Shown here: piece after piece, positions 18,253 through 27,892 of the stretch
Layout: every line of letters begins with the position of its first letter
Numbering within the stretch: position 1 is the first letter of the stretch
DNA from: an uncultured Thermoanaerobaculia bacterium
GTDB taxonomy: Bacteria; Acidobacteriota; Thermoanaerobaculia; Gp7-AA8
Length of the DNA stretch: 58,715 nt
Direction of reading: 5' to 3'
Assembly: GCA_964650405.1 (NCBI GenBank)
Contig: CAZYTO010000003.1
Location: forward strand, 1 to 58,715
Made by a program: the position numbers and the translations under genes
Notes under the pieces: generated by a model
The model's database searches: none
Told to the model about the DNA's origin: nothing
Seen by the model: the letters and a program-made list of their open reading frames with translations, nothing else

Positions 18253-18483
18253 ATGAGCGACTACCCAACTTCCAAGGACGTCGTAGCGTTTCTCAACGAG
18301 CGCTTTGCCGCGCGCGGGCTGCCGTACCGGCTCGAGCACATCGCCGTGCTGCCGTACGTGAATCCGATGTGGATGGCGAACTGGGAGGCGCCGCAGCTCG
18401 CGGACGCGCCGGAGAAAGATGTGATCGAAGAAGAGATCCGCGAGGCGCGCTGGCGCTACCCGCAGGTGCTGGACGAGTTTTGA
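18253..18483 (+). CDS. Small hypothetical protein (76 aa)
   Basis: MSDYPTSKDVVAFLNERF...RWRYPQVLDEF; host-like GC3-rich codons and globular composition. Confidence 0.65.
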   Translation: MSDYPTSKDVVAFLNERFAARGLPYRLEHIAVLPYVNPMWMANWEAPQLADAPEKDVIEEEIREARWRYPQVLDEF

Positions 18484-18491
18484 TCATCCAC

Positions 18492-18520
18492 AAAAAAAGA
18501 GCCGGCCCCGAAGGGCCGGC
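18492..18520 (-). terminator. Rho-independent terminator of the CsgG-like gene
   Basis: gccggccc-cgaa-gggccggc stem-loop with an A7 tract (U7 on the minus strand), 26 nt after the stop. Confidence 0.85.
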
Positions 18521-18546
18521 CCAAGCTACCCCGGCAACCGGTACGG

Positions 18547-19248
18547 CTATTCGATCTTGATCGAGCTCTTGGTCTTGTCGCGGCGGGCCTTTTCCTTTGC
18601 CGCGTACTCCTTGAGGCAGTTGTCCTTGTCCACCATCGAGCAGGCCCGGTAGTCGCTGATCTCTGCCATGACGCCGAGGATGGCCTTGCCGGTCGGCGTC
18701 TTTTCGTAGCCGCCCAGCGATCCGCCGAAGCCGCCGCGATAGACGCTCACACCGAGGCCGTTGCTCGTGGAGCGGGCCTCCACCGTGCGGGTGAACTCGA
18801 CTTCGCCGGTGGTGGTATCGACGACGCGGAGGTCGACGGCGATGTAGGCCTCCTCGTGCTTACCGCCCACGCCGATGCCGTGGAAGCTGATGCCGCCGCC
18901 GCCACCCGAGACGTTGTTCTGGAACGAACTGACGGTGGCGATGACGACGTACTGGGCTCCGGTCAGCTTGCCGAGCTTCGCCCCGGTCGACTTCGACACG
19001 CGCCCCGAGGCGGCCAGGTCCTGCTCATCGAGGATCGAGCCGAGGTTGTGCCGTTCGACCATCTTGAACTTTTCCGTTCCGGCAAGTTCATTGGTCAGCA
19101 TGCTGGCCAGATCGGTGCCGGTGCTTCCGCTCCACCAGCCGGCGCTGGTCTCATTCCGGAATTCTGCGACGGCCAGCACCGGCTTGGCGGCGAAGGCCGA
19201 GGAAACGAAAAACAACAACGACGTAGCGAGCAAAACAATCTTGCGCAT
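18547..19248 (-). CDS. CsgG/HfaB family protein
   Basis: Signal peptide; LAVAEF, DLASMLTNELAGTEKFKMVER..L..IL.EQDL..SG, GKLTGAQY, AVDLRVVDTTTGEV. Confidence 0.85.
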   Translation of the reverse strand: MRKIVLLATSLLFFVSSAFAAKPVLAVAEFRNETSAGWWSGSTGTDLASMLTNELAGTEKFKMVERHNLGSILDEQDLAASGRVSKSTGAKLGKLTGAQYVVIATVSSFQNNVSGGGGGISFHGIGVGGKHEEAYIAVDLRVVDTTTGEVEFTRTVEARSTSNGLGVSVYRGGFGGSLGGYEKTPTGKAILGVMAEISDYRACSMVDKDNCLKEYAAKEKARRDKTKSSIKIE

Positions 19249-19423
19249 TCTTTCCCCCGAGTTTGTGTCCGCCAATCTTAGTTCGAAACGGCCTTTCTGC
19301 TGTGACCGGTCTCACGGGCCCCGCCTGAAAAAGGAAACATCCGCCGGCCGCCGGAGGTCGTAGAATCGCTGCCTGGGTTCCCGCCCGGACAAAAATAGAA
19401 CCGCTGCAGAGAGAGAGCTCAGC

Positions 19424-22400
19424 ATGCGTCCATTCCGCGTTGCCGCGATTTTTACCGTGTCGATCCTCCTTTTGCTCGGCGTCGCCTTCCGCGAGGCCCT
19501 GGCGGTCTGTATCCCGCAGATCTACAACGTCACCTCGTCCGCGCCTCCGCCGATAGGGTTCTGGACCGATACGAGCGGAGCGGTCTGGAACCCGCCGGGA
19601 GGCTTCCCCGGCTGCGCTCCCGGCGATACGGCCGCGGACCCGAACCCCACCCCGACGACGCTCATCATCAACAGCGCCATTCCGAATCCCATCACCGGCC
19701 TCATTCTGTCCTGCCCGGGATGTGCGATCGACATCCAATCCGGCGGAAGCCTTACGCTGGCGGGTTCCGCCTCCCTCAGCAGTTCCTCGACGATCATCGT
19801 GGAGCCGGGCGGCCAGCTCACCATCGCCAACGGCGGGACGCTCACGTTCAATCCGGGAACATCTCTCTCGGTAAACGGCGGGCTCGTCGACGTGCAGACC
19901 GGCGGCGCTCTCGTGCAAAACGGAGCGAGCACAGTCACGAACGGCGGCACTCTGCGGCTCAGCGGCGGCACCTGGACCGTCGGCGCGTTGTTTACCGTGC
20001 AGAGCACCGGAACCATCGAGCTCGACGGCGGCACGGTCAACGGCGGCAGCACCGTCAACAACAACGGAACCATCTTGCAGAACAGCGGCACGACCAGCTT
20101 TTCGCCGGTGCTCAACAACTCCTCCGGCGCCCATCTCAACATCAACGGCGGAACGCTCTCGCTTGGCGGCGGCGGAACCGGCGGCGCACCCGTTGTCATC
20201 ACGGCAGGCGCCACGCTCGACTTTCCCAGCAGCACCTACACTCTCACGACGAACGGCACCGTCTCCGGCGCAGGCGCACTCCAGGTCAGCGGCGGCACAT
20301 TGTCCATCGGCGGCGTGACCTCGCCGTCGAACTTCACCATGACCGGCGGTACTCTCACCGGCGCCGGATTCATGACCGTGACGGGGACGTTCGCCTGGAG
20401 CGGCGGCACGCTCACCGGCAACGGCGGCACGCAGATCGCCGGTACCGGCTCGGGGAATTTCAGCGGCGCGAACGGCTCGATGATTCTCGACGGTCGCCTC
20501 TTCGACGACTACGGCTCCGTCGACTACAACGCGACGACGAACCCGCTGAATCTCATCAACGGCGGAGCCCTGGCCGTCTACGGTACGTTCAACTTCTCCA
20601 ACGATGGGAACATCACCGGCGACACGCTCTCCTCACTGACCATCAGCCCCAACGGCGTGCTGTTCAAGAACGGCGGCAGCGGAACATCGAAGATCTCGCC
20701 GAAGACCTACAACAACGCCACGGTATGGGTGTTCAGCGGCACGCTGGAGTTCGCCGGCGACGGCACGCACAACGGCAGCTTCGAGGCCTTCGACAACACA
20801 ACGCTCGTCTTCAGCGCAACCTCCACGACGCTGGGCGTCAATTCCTCCATCAGCAGCTCGCCGCTCGGCACGGTCGCGTTCCGCGGCGGCAGCGTGGCGG
20901 GCAGCGGCAACTTCCAGGTCGACGGTCTGACGACCCTGACCGGCTCGCCGTCGGTCAGCCTGGCCAACGGCGGCTACACGCACGACCTGACCATGGACAG
21001 CGGCTTCCTCACGCTCGCCAATCCCTTCGATCTCAAACACAGCGGGACGTGGTCGGGCGGAAAGATCACCCTGAACACGCCGGGGACGTTCCTCGTCGAC
21101 GCCGGCGCCACGCTCACCAACGACGGCGCGGCAGGGCCGACTTTCCTCTCCACCGGCGAGCTGCGGAACAACGGCACGTTTGTCTACAAGCCCGCCGCGA
21201 ATCCGCTGGAGCTCGACAACAACGCCGACATCGACAACGAAGGCCTCTTCGACCTGCAGACGGACACGGCCATCAAGAACGGCGTCGTCATCATCGGCTT
21301 CGCCCGCAGGGAGGCGCAGGGGGCAGGCTCCGCCCCGGCCAGGCGCGGCACGCGGCGGCCGGTGCACAACTGGGCGTCGGGGCCCTTCATCTACAACGGC
21401 GGCACGATGCAGAAGTCGGCCGGCAGCGGCACCCAGGACATCCAGCCGGCACTCGAGAACGACGCCACGGTCCTGGCCCTGAGCGGCGCGATGCAGTTCG
21501 ACAACGGCTACATGCAGAGCGCCGGCAAGACGACGCTCGGTCCGGGCGGCATCAAGATGAACGGCGCGCCGATGACGCTCACCGGCGGCACGCTCGACGG
21601 CAGCGGCACGGTGACCGGCGACGTCGCGAACACGTCCGGCACCGTCGCGCCGGGCGGCAACGGCACCATCGGCACGATCAACGTCACCGGCAATTACACG
21701 CAGGGCGCGGCGGCGTTCCTCGACTTCGACATTTCGGCAGTCGGGACGAACGACGTGCTGGCCGCCGGCAACGCCGTCACGCTCGACGGGCAGCTCGCCG
21801 TCACGCTCCTGGGCGGTTTCCAGCCCGCGAACGGCAACGTCTTCATCCCGATGACGTTCGCGTCGCGGACCGGCGACTTCGCCGCGACGAGCTTCCCGAC
21901 CTGGGCCAGCGGCCACGGCTCGTTCAGCAAGAGCTACACCCCGACGGAGCTGGATCTCAGCGCCACCGTCACACCGCCGTCGGCCGATCTCGCGGCGAGC
22001 ACCAGCGGTCCCGCCGGCGTCAACACCGGCGCGCCGCTCAGCTACACCGTCACCATCACCAACAACGGCCCGGATTCGTCGAGCGGGACGATCTCCGTCG
22101 CCGATACGCTCCCGGCCGGCGTCACCGGCGCGAGCGGAGCCGGCACGGGTTGGTCGTGCGGCGCACCCTCCGGCGGCGTCATCACCTGCACCACTACCGC
22201 GGTGGTCGCGCAGTCGGGCACCTTCCCGACGCTGACGTTCTCCATGACCGCTCCGTCCAGCGACGGCAGCGTGTCCGACAGCGCCACCGTCTCGTCGTCG
22301 TTCGATTCGGTGCCCGGCAACAACACGTCGTCCGCAAGCACCAACGTCCTCGTGGCCCAGGCTGACCTCTCCATCACCAAGAGCGGTCCGCCCTCGGTGA

Positions 22401-25400
22401 ACGCCGGGCAGAACATCGTCTACACCATCGTCGTGACCAACAACGGACCGCAGCCGGCGACGGGCGTGGTCGTCAACGACTCCACGCCTTCAGGCCTGAC
22501 GTTCGTTTCGAACAGCGGTGGCTGCACGACGGCATTCCCCTGCGCGCTCGGCTCGCTCACCGCCGGCCAGATCGTGACGATCACGTCGACGTTCAGCATT
22601 CCGCCGGCCTACGCCAACCCGAGCATCACCAATACCGCCTCCGTCAGCGGCACGACGTCCGACCCGAGCCTCGCCAATAACAGCGCCATGGCCACGACCA
22701 CCGTCACCGGCGTGACCGCGGCGGACGTGAGCGTCTTCAAGCACGCGCCGGGCGCCGGAAATCCGGGCGGCACGGTCGATTTCGCCATCGACGTCTTCAA
22801 CAACGGCCCGTCGGCCGCGTCGAACGTGCTCGTGACTGATCCCACGCCGGCCGGCCTGCAGTTCGTGTCGAATACCGGCGCCTGCACGACGCCGTTCCCC
22901 TGCACCATTTCGTCGATCGCGCCGGGCGCGCTGCAGGTCGTCATCGCCCGCTACAAGGTCACGGCCGGCGTTGGCACGCCGATCACGAACACGGTCACGG
23001 TCTCCAGCGCCACGAGCGATCCGAATCCGGCGAACAACACGAGCCAGGCGTCGTTCACAGTCAGCGCGCCGCCTCCCTGCCCGGCCGGCAAGCCGGTGCT
23101 CGCGACTCCCGCAGAAGGCGCGGCCAGCGCCTCACCCGCGTCGTTGTCATGGAGCGGCGTGGCCAACGCGCTCACGTACACCGTCAACATCACGGGCGCG
23201 ACCTCGGCCACGTTCACCACCGACCAGCTCTCGGCTTTGCAGGTCCTGCCGAACGGCAGCTACACATGGACCGTGGCTGCGAACTTCGCATCGCCCTGCG
23301 CATCGCAGACGTCGGCCGGCGGCCACTTCAGCGTCTGCTCTGTCCCCGACGCGCCCGTGGCGAGCGTCGTCGGAGAGTCCACGACCGGCCAGACCTACGC
23401 CGTGAGCTGGACGCCCTCCGGCGACAGCGGCAGTTACGAGCTGCAGGAGGCGGGCGACTTCAACTTCACCAATCCCGCGAGCCTCATGGTCAGCGGCACG
23501 TCACGCTCCTTTACGAAGACGGCCACTGCGGCTACGCCGTTCTTCTACCGCGTGCGCGCCATTGCCTGCGGCAGCACGCCGTTCTCGCATCCCATCGGGG
23601 TCGTCGTCGTGCCCATTCCCGGGCCGCACGATCCGCGCTTCAACGTCACCGTGCCGGCCGGCAGCACGACTCCGGTCGTCTTCCAGGTCTTCATCCCCGG
23701 CCTGCCGGGCGGGCCGGCGGCGTTCCTGGCCACGGCCGACAAACCGTGGATCGGCGTCCTTCCGCAGGCCGGCATCGTGCCGCAGGACGGGACGACGCTC
23801 ACCATCTCGCTCGATCCGAGCGATCTCGTGAACGGTACATGGACCGGCACGATCCTCGTCGTCTACACGACGCCGGGCTCGGGCAAGATCGAGAGCGACG
23901 GCTCGACCACGTCGTCGATCCCCGTATCCATCAGCCTGGTCACACCGGTCACGCCGGGCAGGCAGCCGGCGCCGACGGCCAATACGCTGATCATCCCCAC
24001 GGTCGGCCACCTCTTCGGCGTCGATTCGCAGTGGCAGAGCGACATCCGCGTGGCGAACCTCACCACGGCCCGGGCCAACTACCTCGTCACCTTCACCTCG
24101 GGCGACCCGAACACGCCCGTCAAGCAGACCACGCTGGCGATCGACGCCGGCGCCACCACGGCCCTCGACGACATCGTGCGCAACTGGTTCGGCGTCGGCT
24201 CGCTCAGCGACTCGGCCAACGGCCTGCTCTACATCCAGGCCACGGACAGCACCGGCCACATCCTCTCCGCCCGGGCGGCGAACGACGTGAGCGTCAACAA
24301 GATCACGGCCGTCTCCAGCCGCACGTACAACACGCAGGCGTCAGCGAGCTCGCCGGGAACGCTCGGACAGTTCGTTCCGGCCACGGCCTTCGCGAGCTTC
24401 ATCGGCAGGGCCGGTGGCGCGGCGGCCGCATCGCTGCAGAGCATCCAGCAGATCGCGCAGAACGACGCCTACCGCACCAACGTCGGCCTCGTGGAGGCAT
24501 CCGGCAAGTCCGCAGCCGTGGCCCTCAGCGTCTTCGACGGCGGCGGCAGCAAGCTGCTTTCCCTCCCCGTGACGCTCAATGGCGGCGAACAGCGGCAGCT
24601 CAACGCCCTGCTGGCCCAGAACAACATCAGCCTGACCAACGGCCGCGTGCAGGTGGAGGTCACCGGCGGCGACGGCCGAGTGCAGGCCTACGCCTCGGTG
24701 ATCGACGCCCGAAGCGGCGACCCCTTCCTCATCTCCGGCTCGTCCATCGGCGCGGCGGCCAGCAACTTCGTCGTTCCCGCCGTCGGCGACCTGAACCTCG
24801 GCACGGCAAGCTGGCGCAGCGATGTACGCATCTTCAACGCCGGCCTCTCGCCCCAGACGGCCTCGCTCACCTACTTCCCGAACGGCGATCCGTCGCACAG
24901 TACGTCCCAGACGGTCTCGCCCAACCCCGGCACGATGACGTCCATGGACAGCGTCGTCCCGTCCCTCTTCGGCCTCTCCAACCCCTGCGCCGCCCTGCCC
25001 GTGCCGACACCGCCGAACACCCAGCTCGTCTTCACTCCGCGCACGTTCGACCAGACCGCCAACGGGACGCTCGGGCAGTTCCTCCCCGCCGTGACCAACA
25101 CCGATGCCGTCGGCCGCAACGATCGTTCCCTGCAGATCCTGCAGGCCGAGGAGTCGGTGCGCTACCGCACGAACGTCGGGATCGCGGAGGTGACCGGCAA
25201 GCCGGCCACCGTCGAGATCGCGGTCTTCCTCCCCGACTCCAAGGTCGTCCCGCACGTGACTCTGCAGCTCGGCGCCAACGAGTCCCGCCAGCTCGACGTC
25301 CTCGGCGGCCTCGGCATCGGCGCGGCCTACAACGCCCGCCTCGCCATCCGCGTCACCGACGGCGACGGAAGGGTCACGGCGTACGGCTCGGTGGTGGACA

Positions 25401-25438
25401 TGACCACTCAGGCACCGACGTACATTCCGGCGCAGTAG
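19424..25438 (+). CDS. Giant secreted adhesin-like protein (2004 aa): beta-helix-like passenger, 3x DUF11, FN3-like, BACON-like, duplicated C-terminal module
   Basis: Signal peptide; G/T/N-rich GGTL repeats; ADLSITKSGP...YTIVVTNNGP DUF11 units; two copies of W.SD.R..N...RT[YF]....GTLGQF.PA...YRTNVG..E..G...AY.SV.D. Confidence 0.85.
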   Translation: MRPFRVAAIFTVSILLLLGVAFREALAVCIPQIYNVTSSAPPPIGFWTDTSGAVWNPPGGFPGCAPGDTAADPNPTPTTLIINSAIPNPITGLILSCPGCAIDIQSGGSLTLAGSASLSSSSTIIVEPGGQLTIANGGTLTFNPGTSLSVNGGLVDVQTGGALVQNGASTVTNGGTLRLSGGTWTVGALFTVQSTGTIELDGGTVNGGSTVNNNGTILQNSGTTSFSPVLNNSSGAHLNINGGTLSLGGGGTGGAPVVITAGATLDFPSSTYTLTTNGTVSGAGALQVSGGTLSIGGVTSPSNFTMTGGTLTGAGFMTVTGTFAWSGGTLTGNGGTQIAGTGSGNFSGANGSMILDGRLFDDYGSVDYNATTNPLNLINGGALAVYGTFNFSNDGNITGDTLSSLTISPNGVLFKNGGSGTSKISPKTYNNATVWVFSGTLEFAGDGTHNGSFEAFDNTTLVFSATSTTLGVNSSISSSPLGTVAFRGGSVAGSGNFQVDGLTTLTGSPSVSLANGGYTHDLTMDSGFLTLANPFDLKHSGTWSGGKITLNTPGTFLVDAGATLTNDGAAGPTFLSTGELRNNGTFVYKPAANPLELDNNADIDNEGLFDLQTDTAIKNGVVIIGFARREAQGAGSAPARRGTRRPVHNWASGPFIYNGGTMQKSAGSGTQDIQPALENDATVLALSGAMQFDNGYMQSAGKTTLGPGGIKMNGAPMTLTGGTLDGSGTVTGDVANTSGTVAPGGNGTIGTINVTGNYTQGAAAFLDFDISAVGTNDVLAAGNAVTLDGQLAVTLLGGFQPANGNVFIPMTFASRTGDFAATSFPTWASGHGSFSKSYTPTELDLSATVTPPSADLAASTSGPAGVNTGAPLSYTVTITNNGPDSSSGTISVADTLPAGVTGASGAGTGWSCGAPSGGVITCTTTAVVAQSGTFPTLTFSMTAPSSDGSVSDSATVSSSFDSVPGNNTSSASTNVLVAQADLSITKSGPPSVNAGQNIVYTIVVTNNGPQPATGVVVNDSTPSGLTFVSNSGGCTTAFPCALGSLTAGQIVTITSTFSIPPAYANPSITNTASVSGTTSDPSLANNSAMATTTVTGVTAADVSVFKHAPGAGNPGGTVDFAIDVFNNGPSAASNVLVTDPTPAGLQFVSNTGACTTPFPCTISSIAPGALQVVIARYKVTAGVGTPITNTVTVSSATSDPNPANNTSQASFTVSAPPPCPAGKPVLATPAEGAASASPASLSWSGVANALTYTVNITGATSATFTTDQLSALQVLPNGSYTWTVAANFASPCASQTSAGGHFSVCSVPDAPVASVVGESTTGQTYAVSWTPSGDSGSYELQEAGDFNFTNPASLMVSGTSRSFTKTATAATPFFYRVRAIACGSTPFSHPIGVVVVPIPGPHDPRFNVTVPAGSTTPVVFQVFIPGLPGGPAAFLATADKPWIGVLPQAGIVPQDGTTLTISLDPSDLVNGTWTGTILVVYTTPGSGKIESDGSTTSSIPVSISLVTPVTPGRQPAPTANTLIIPTVGHLFGVDSQWQSDIRVANLTTARANYLVTFTSGDPNTPVKQTTLAIDAGATTALDDIVRNWFGVGSLSDSANGLLYIQATDSTGHILSARAANDVSVNKITAVSSRTYNTQASASSPGTLGQFVPATAFASFIGRAGGAAAASLQSIQQIAQNDAYRTNVGLVEASGKSAAVALSVFDGGGSKLLSLPVTLNGGEQRQLNALLAQNNISLTNGRVQVEVTGGDGRVQAYASVIDARSGDPFLISGSSIGAAASNFVVPAVGDLNLGTASWRSDVRIFNAGLSPQTASLTYFPNGDPSHSTSQTVSPNPGTMTSMDSVVPSLFGLSNPCAALPVPTPPNTQLVFTPRTFDQTANGTLGQFLPAVTNTDAVGRNDRSLQILQAEESVRYRTNVGIAEVTGKPATVEIAVFLPDSKVVPHVTLQLGANESRQLDVLGGLGIGAAYNARLAIRVTDGDGRVTAYGSVVDMTTQAPTYIPAQ

Positions 25439-25516
25439 TCGCTGATTCGCTTAGTCGCTTATTCGCTTAGTCGCTTATTCGCTGTTCGCTGTTCGGTGTT
25501 CGCCGTTCGCTGTTCG
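25436..25516. repeat. Family F arm (TTCGCTTA/GTCGCTTA octamers then TTCGCTG heptamers)
   Basis: tagtcgctgattcgcttagtcgcttattcgcttagtcgcttattcgctgttcgctgttcggtgttcgccgttcgctgttcg; inverse of 27754-27892. Confidence 0.92.
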
Positions 25517-25550
25517 TGACTCTGCCAACGCTCTACGCAATAATGCCGGC

Positions 25551-27713
25551 ATGCGACCGGTCCTCGCACTCCTCGTTCTTGTTGTCACCGGTGTCCTCGC
25601 CGCGGACGAGCATCCCGTGGCATCGCCTGCCGCCACAATTCCGCCGGGCACGCAACGCGCGGCGGCCGTTGCCACCGACGGTTCCGGGTTCCTGACCATC
25701 TGGAACGACCATCGCAGTTTCGGCAGCGATTTCCCTCGGATCTGGGCGGTCCAGACGAATGCCTCCGGCAAGCGTTCTTCCCCGATCCTCCTCCAGGATC
25801 AAACCATAGGCGCGACACCGGAGTGGCCCTGGGATCCGTATGACGACCAGATGACTGTCGTCTGGACCGGTGCGGTCTATCTCGCCGTCTGGTACGACTG
25901 GCCCGCAAGGAAGACCCATACGATGCGGCTCGACCGCACCGGCCATCAGCTCGACGCCGTCCCACGCGAGATCGCTACGAGGGGGCAGATCGTGGGAGCG
26001 GCCTCGGACGGCACGCGGACGATGGTGGCCGTCCTGCCAAACCTGAAGCCCGCGCAGCTCCTGTTCTTCGATGCGAACGGAGAGCCCGCACGCGATCCGC
26101 TCGACATGGCTTATGGCACCGTCCCCATTGCCTTCGCTTCGAACGGTCACGGCTTTCTGATGATCTACTCCATGATTACCACTGGTACGTCGAGCCAGTC
26201 GTACATGGGCCCCATCTCCGCCGACGGAGTGCTTGGAAGCAGCGTTCCCTTCGACTTCGGCCGCCTCTACTGCATCACAACGGACGGAACCGATTATCTG
26301 GTCGTCTACCGTGATCACGTGGGCTTCGTTGCGTACTATCGATACGACGCCACCGGAAGACTCGTCGGCGGTCGGCACGGCGTCGATGCGTCGACATCAG
26401 GTGCGAGCGCGACCCCCTATCTCAGCGGCTGGCTGGTGCAGACGGCCAGTCCCGCAGGCAGCCGTCTGCGTCATCTCGATCATGACGGGGTTTACCTCGA
26501 GGACGTACCGATGGCTGCCCCCGACGCCGGCGGCGTCCTGGCAACAAACGGAAGCCAGGTGCTTTACGCCCACGGACACCTGACGACGAGTGTGCTGTAC
26601 CAACAGATCCTGGGCAACGGCCCTGACGAGTTGCTGCAACCGGGACCGCCGACGCAAACGCAACCTCGCCTGACAGGCGGAGGTAAGGGCTATGCCGCGC
26701 TGTGGGACGAGGCGCGGGAGACGAAGGAATTGCGCGCGGCGCGTGTCGACGCGCACGGAGCGCCACTTGACGGCGAGGGCCTGGTCGTGACGCGGAGCTC
26801 GCACTACGACGGCTCGACGGCGATCGCCTTCGACGGCGCGAACTACATCGCCGCCTGGGGCGACAACAGCGCCGGCCAATGCAGCATCCACCTTGCGCGC
26901 ATCACACCCGAGGGAACACTCCCGGACGGCCTCAACGGCCATCTCGTCTACTACGCCTGCGTACCCCGCCTCGCGCTCGGTTCGGGCCCCGATCGCGTTC
27001 TGCTCGTCTGGACTCAGTTCGACGGAAATGCGTACGGAAGTTCCTGGGCATTGGTCATGGACCGGAACCAGATCCCGATCTCCAATCCGGTGCGATTGCC
27101 GGAGGCCTACAGAGACGCTGAAGTCGCGGTGGGATGGAACGGCACGAATTGGCTGGTCGCCTGGACCAGCTCGACCTTCGTCTATTACAACGGGTACCAC
27201 TACACCTATTACATCTACACCGCGCGGATCGCGGCGGATGGCTCGTTGGTCGGCCAGGCCGCTCGCGTCATTGCGCAATCATTCGATAACGAGAATGCGC
27301 TCTCCGTCGGTTCGAACGGTGCCGATTTCGTCGTCGCCTGGCAATCGTGGGACGCAACCGTCCTCAATCCTCCCTACTCGCTTCATGCCCTCAGGGTCTC
27401 CCCCGATGGGACGCCCGGCGCCTCCGTGAGTCTCGGCAGCGGCACAAGGCCGTCTGCCTCATGGACAGGCACTGATTATGTCGTCGGATTCCAGGACGGC
27501 GATGCTCTTTACACGACAACGCTCGGTCAGCCGTCCAAACGCCAACTCCTCGCCACGGCCGGTGGTTCAAACTCGACGGTCATGCTCGCCTTCGCTGCTT
27601 CCGGTTCACTGGCCAACCTCTACCTCCGCAACGCATGGGAGTGGCCCTACCTCACCACACTCACCGCCTTCCTCAACGCAAGTGCCGGACCCCACCGGCG
27701 CGCCGCACACTGA
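25551..27713 (+). CDS. Secreted hypothetical protein with about 12 'A.A.DG..FLVVW.D' repeats (probable double beta-propeller)
   Basis: Signal peptide; repeats such as VATDGSGFLTIWND, ITTDGTDYLVVYRD, AFDGANYIAAWGD, VGWNGTNWLVAWTS, VGSNGADFVVAWQS; more A/T-ending codons than its neighbours; C-terminus HRRAAH. Confidence 0.75.
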   Translation: MRPVLALLVLVVTGVLAADEHPVASPAATIPPGTQRAAAVATDGSGFLTIWNDHRSFGSDFPRIWAVQTNASGKRSSPILLQDQTIGATPEWPWDPYDDQMTVVWTGAVYLAVWYDWPARKTHTMRLDRTGHQLDAVPREIATRGQIVGAASDGTRTMVAVLPNLKPAQLLFFDANGEPARDPLDMAYGTVPIAFASNGHGFLMIYSMITTGTSSQSYMGPISADGVLGSSVPFDFGRLYCITTDGTDYLVVYRDHVGFVAYYRYDATGRLVGGRHGVDASTSGASATPYLSGWLVQTASPAGSRLRHLDHDGVYLEDVPMAAPDAGGVLATNGSQVLYAHGHLTTSVLYQQILGNGPDELLQPGPPTQTQPRLTGGGKGYAALWDEARETKELRAARVDAHGAPLDGEGLVVTRSSHYDGSTAIAFDGANYIAAWGDNSAGQCSIHLARITPEGTLPDGLNGHLVYYACVPRLALGSGPDRVLLVWTQFDGNAYGSSWALVMDRNQIPISNPVRLPEAYRDAEVAVGWNGTNWLVAWTSSTFVYYNGYHYTYYIYTARIAADGSLVGQAARVIAQSFDNENALSVGSNGADFVVAWQSWDATVLNPPYSLHALRVSPDGTPGASVSLGSGTRPSASWTGTDYVVGFQDGDALYTTTLGQPSKRQLLATAGGSNSTVMLAFAASGSLANLYLRNAWEWPYLTTLTAFLNASAGPHRRAAH

Positions 27714-27753
27714 GCACGCGAAACGCTGTGCACCGCGAATCACGCAGCACGAA

Positions 27754-27892
27754 AAGCGAATAGCGGATAAGCGACTTCGCCGATAAGCGAACAGCGAATA
27801 AGCGAATAAGCGATTAAGCGATTAAGCGATTAAGCGAATAAGCGAATAAGCGAATAAGCGAATAAGCGAATAAGCGAATAGGCGAATAAGCG
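27754..27892. repeat. Family F arm: tandem AGCGAATA/AGCGATTA octamer array
   Basis: About 14 near-perfect units ending directly at the arnT-like stop codon. Confidence 0.95.

Noticed and set aside
19424-25438. Classical type V autotransporter
   Set aside because: No C-terminal beta-barrel signature or terminal aromatic residue
27754-27892. Regular array considered as CRISPR
   Set aside because: 8-nt tandem units with no unique spacers and no cas genes in the window
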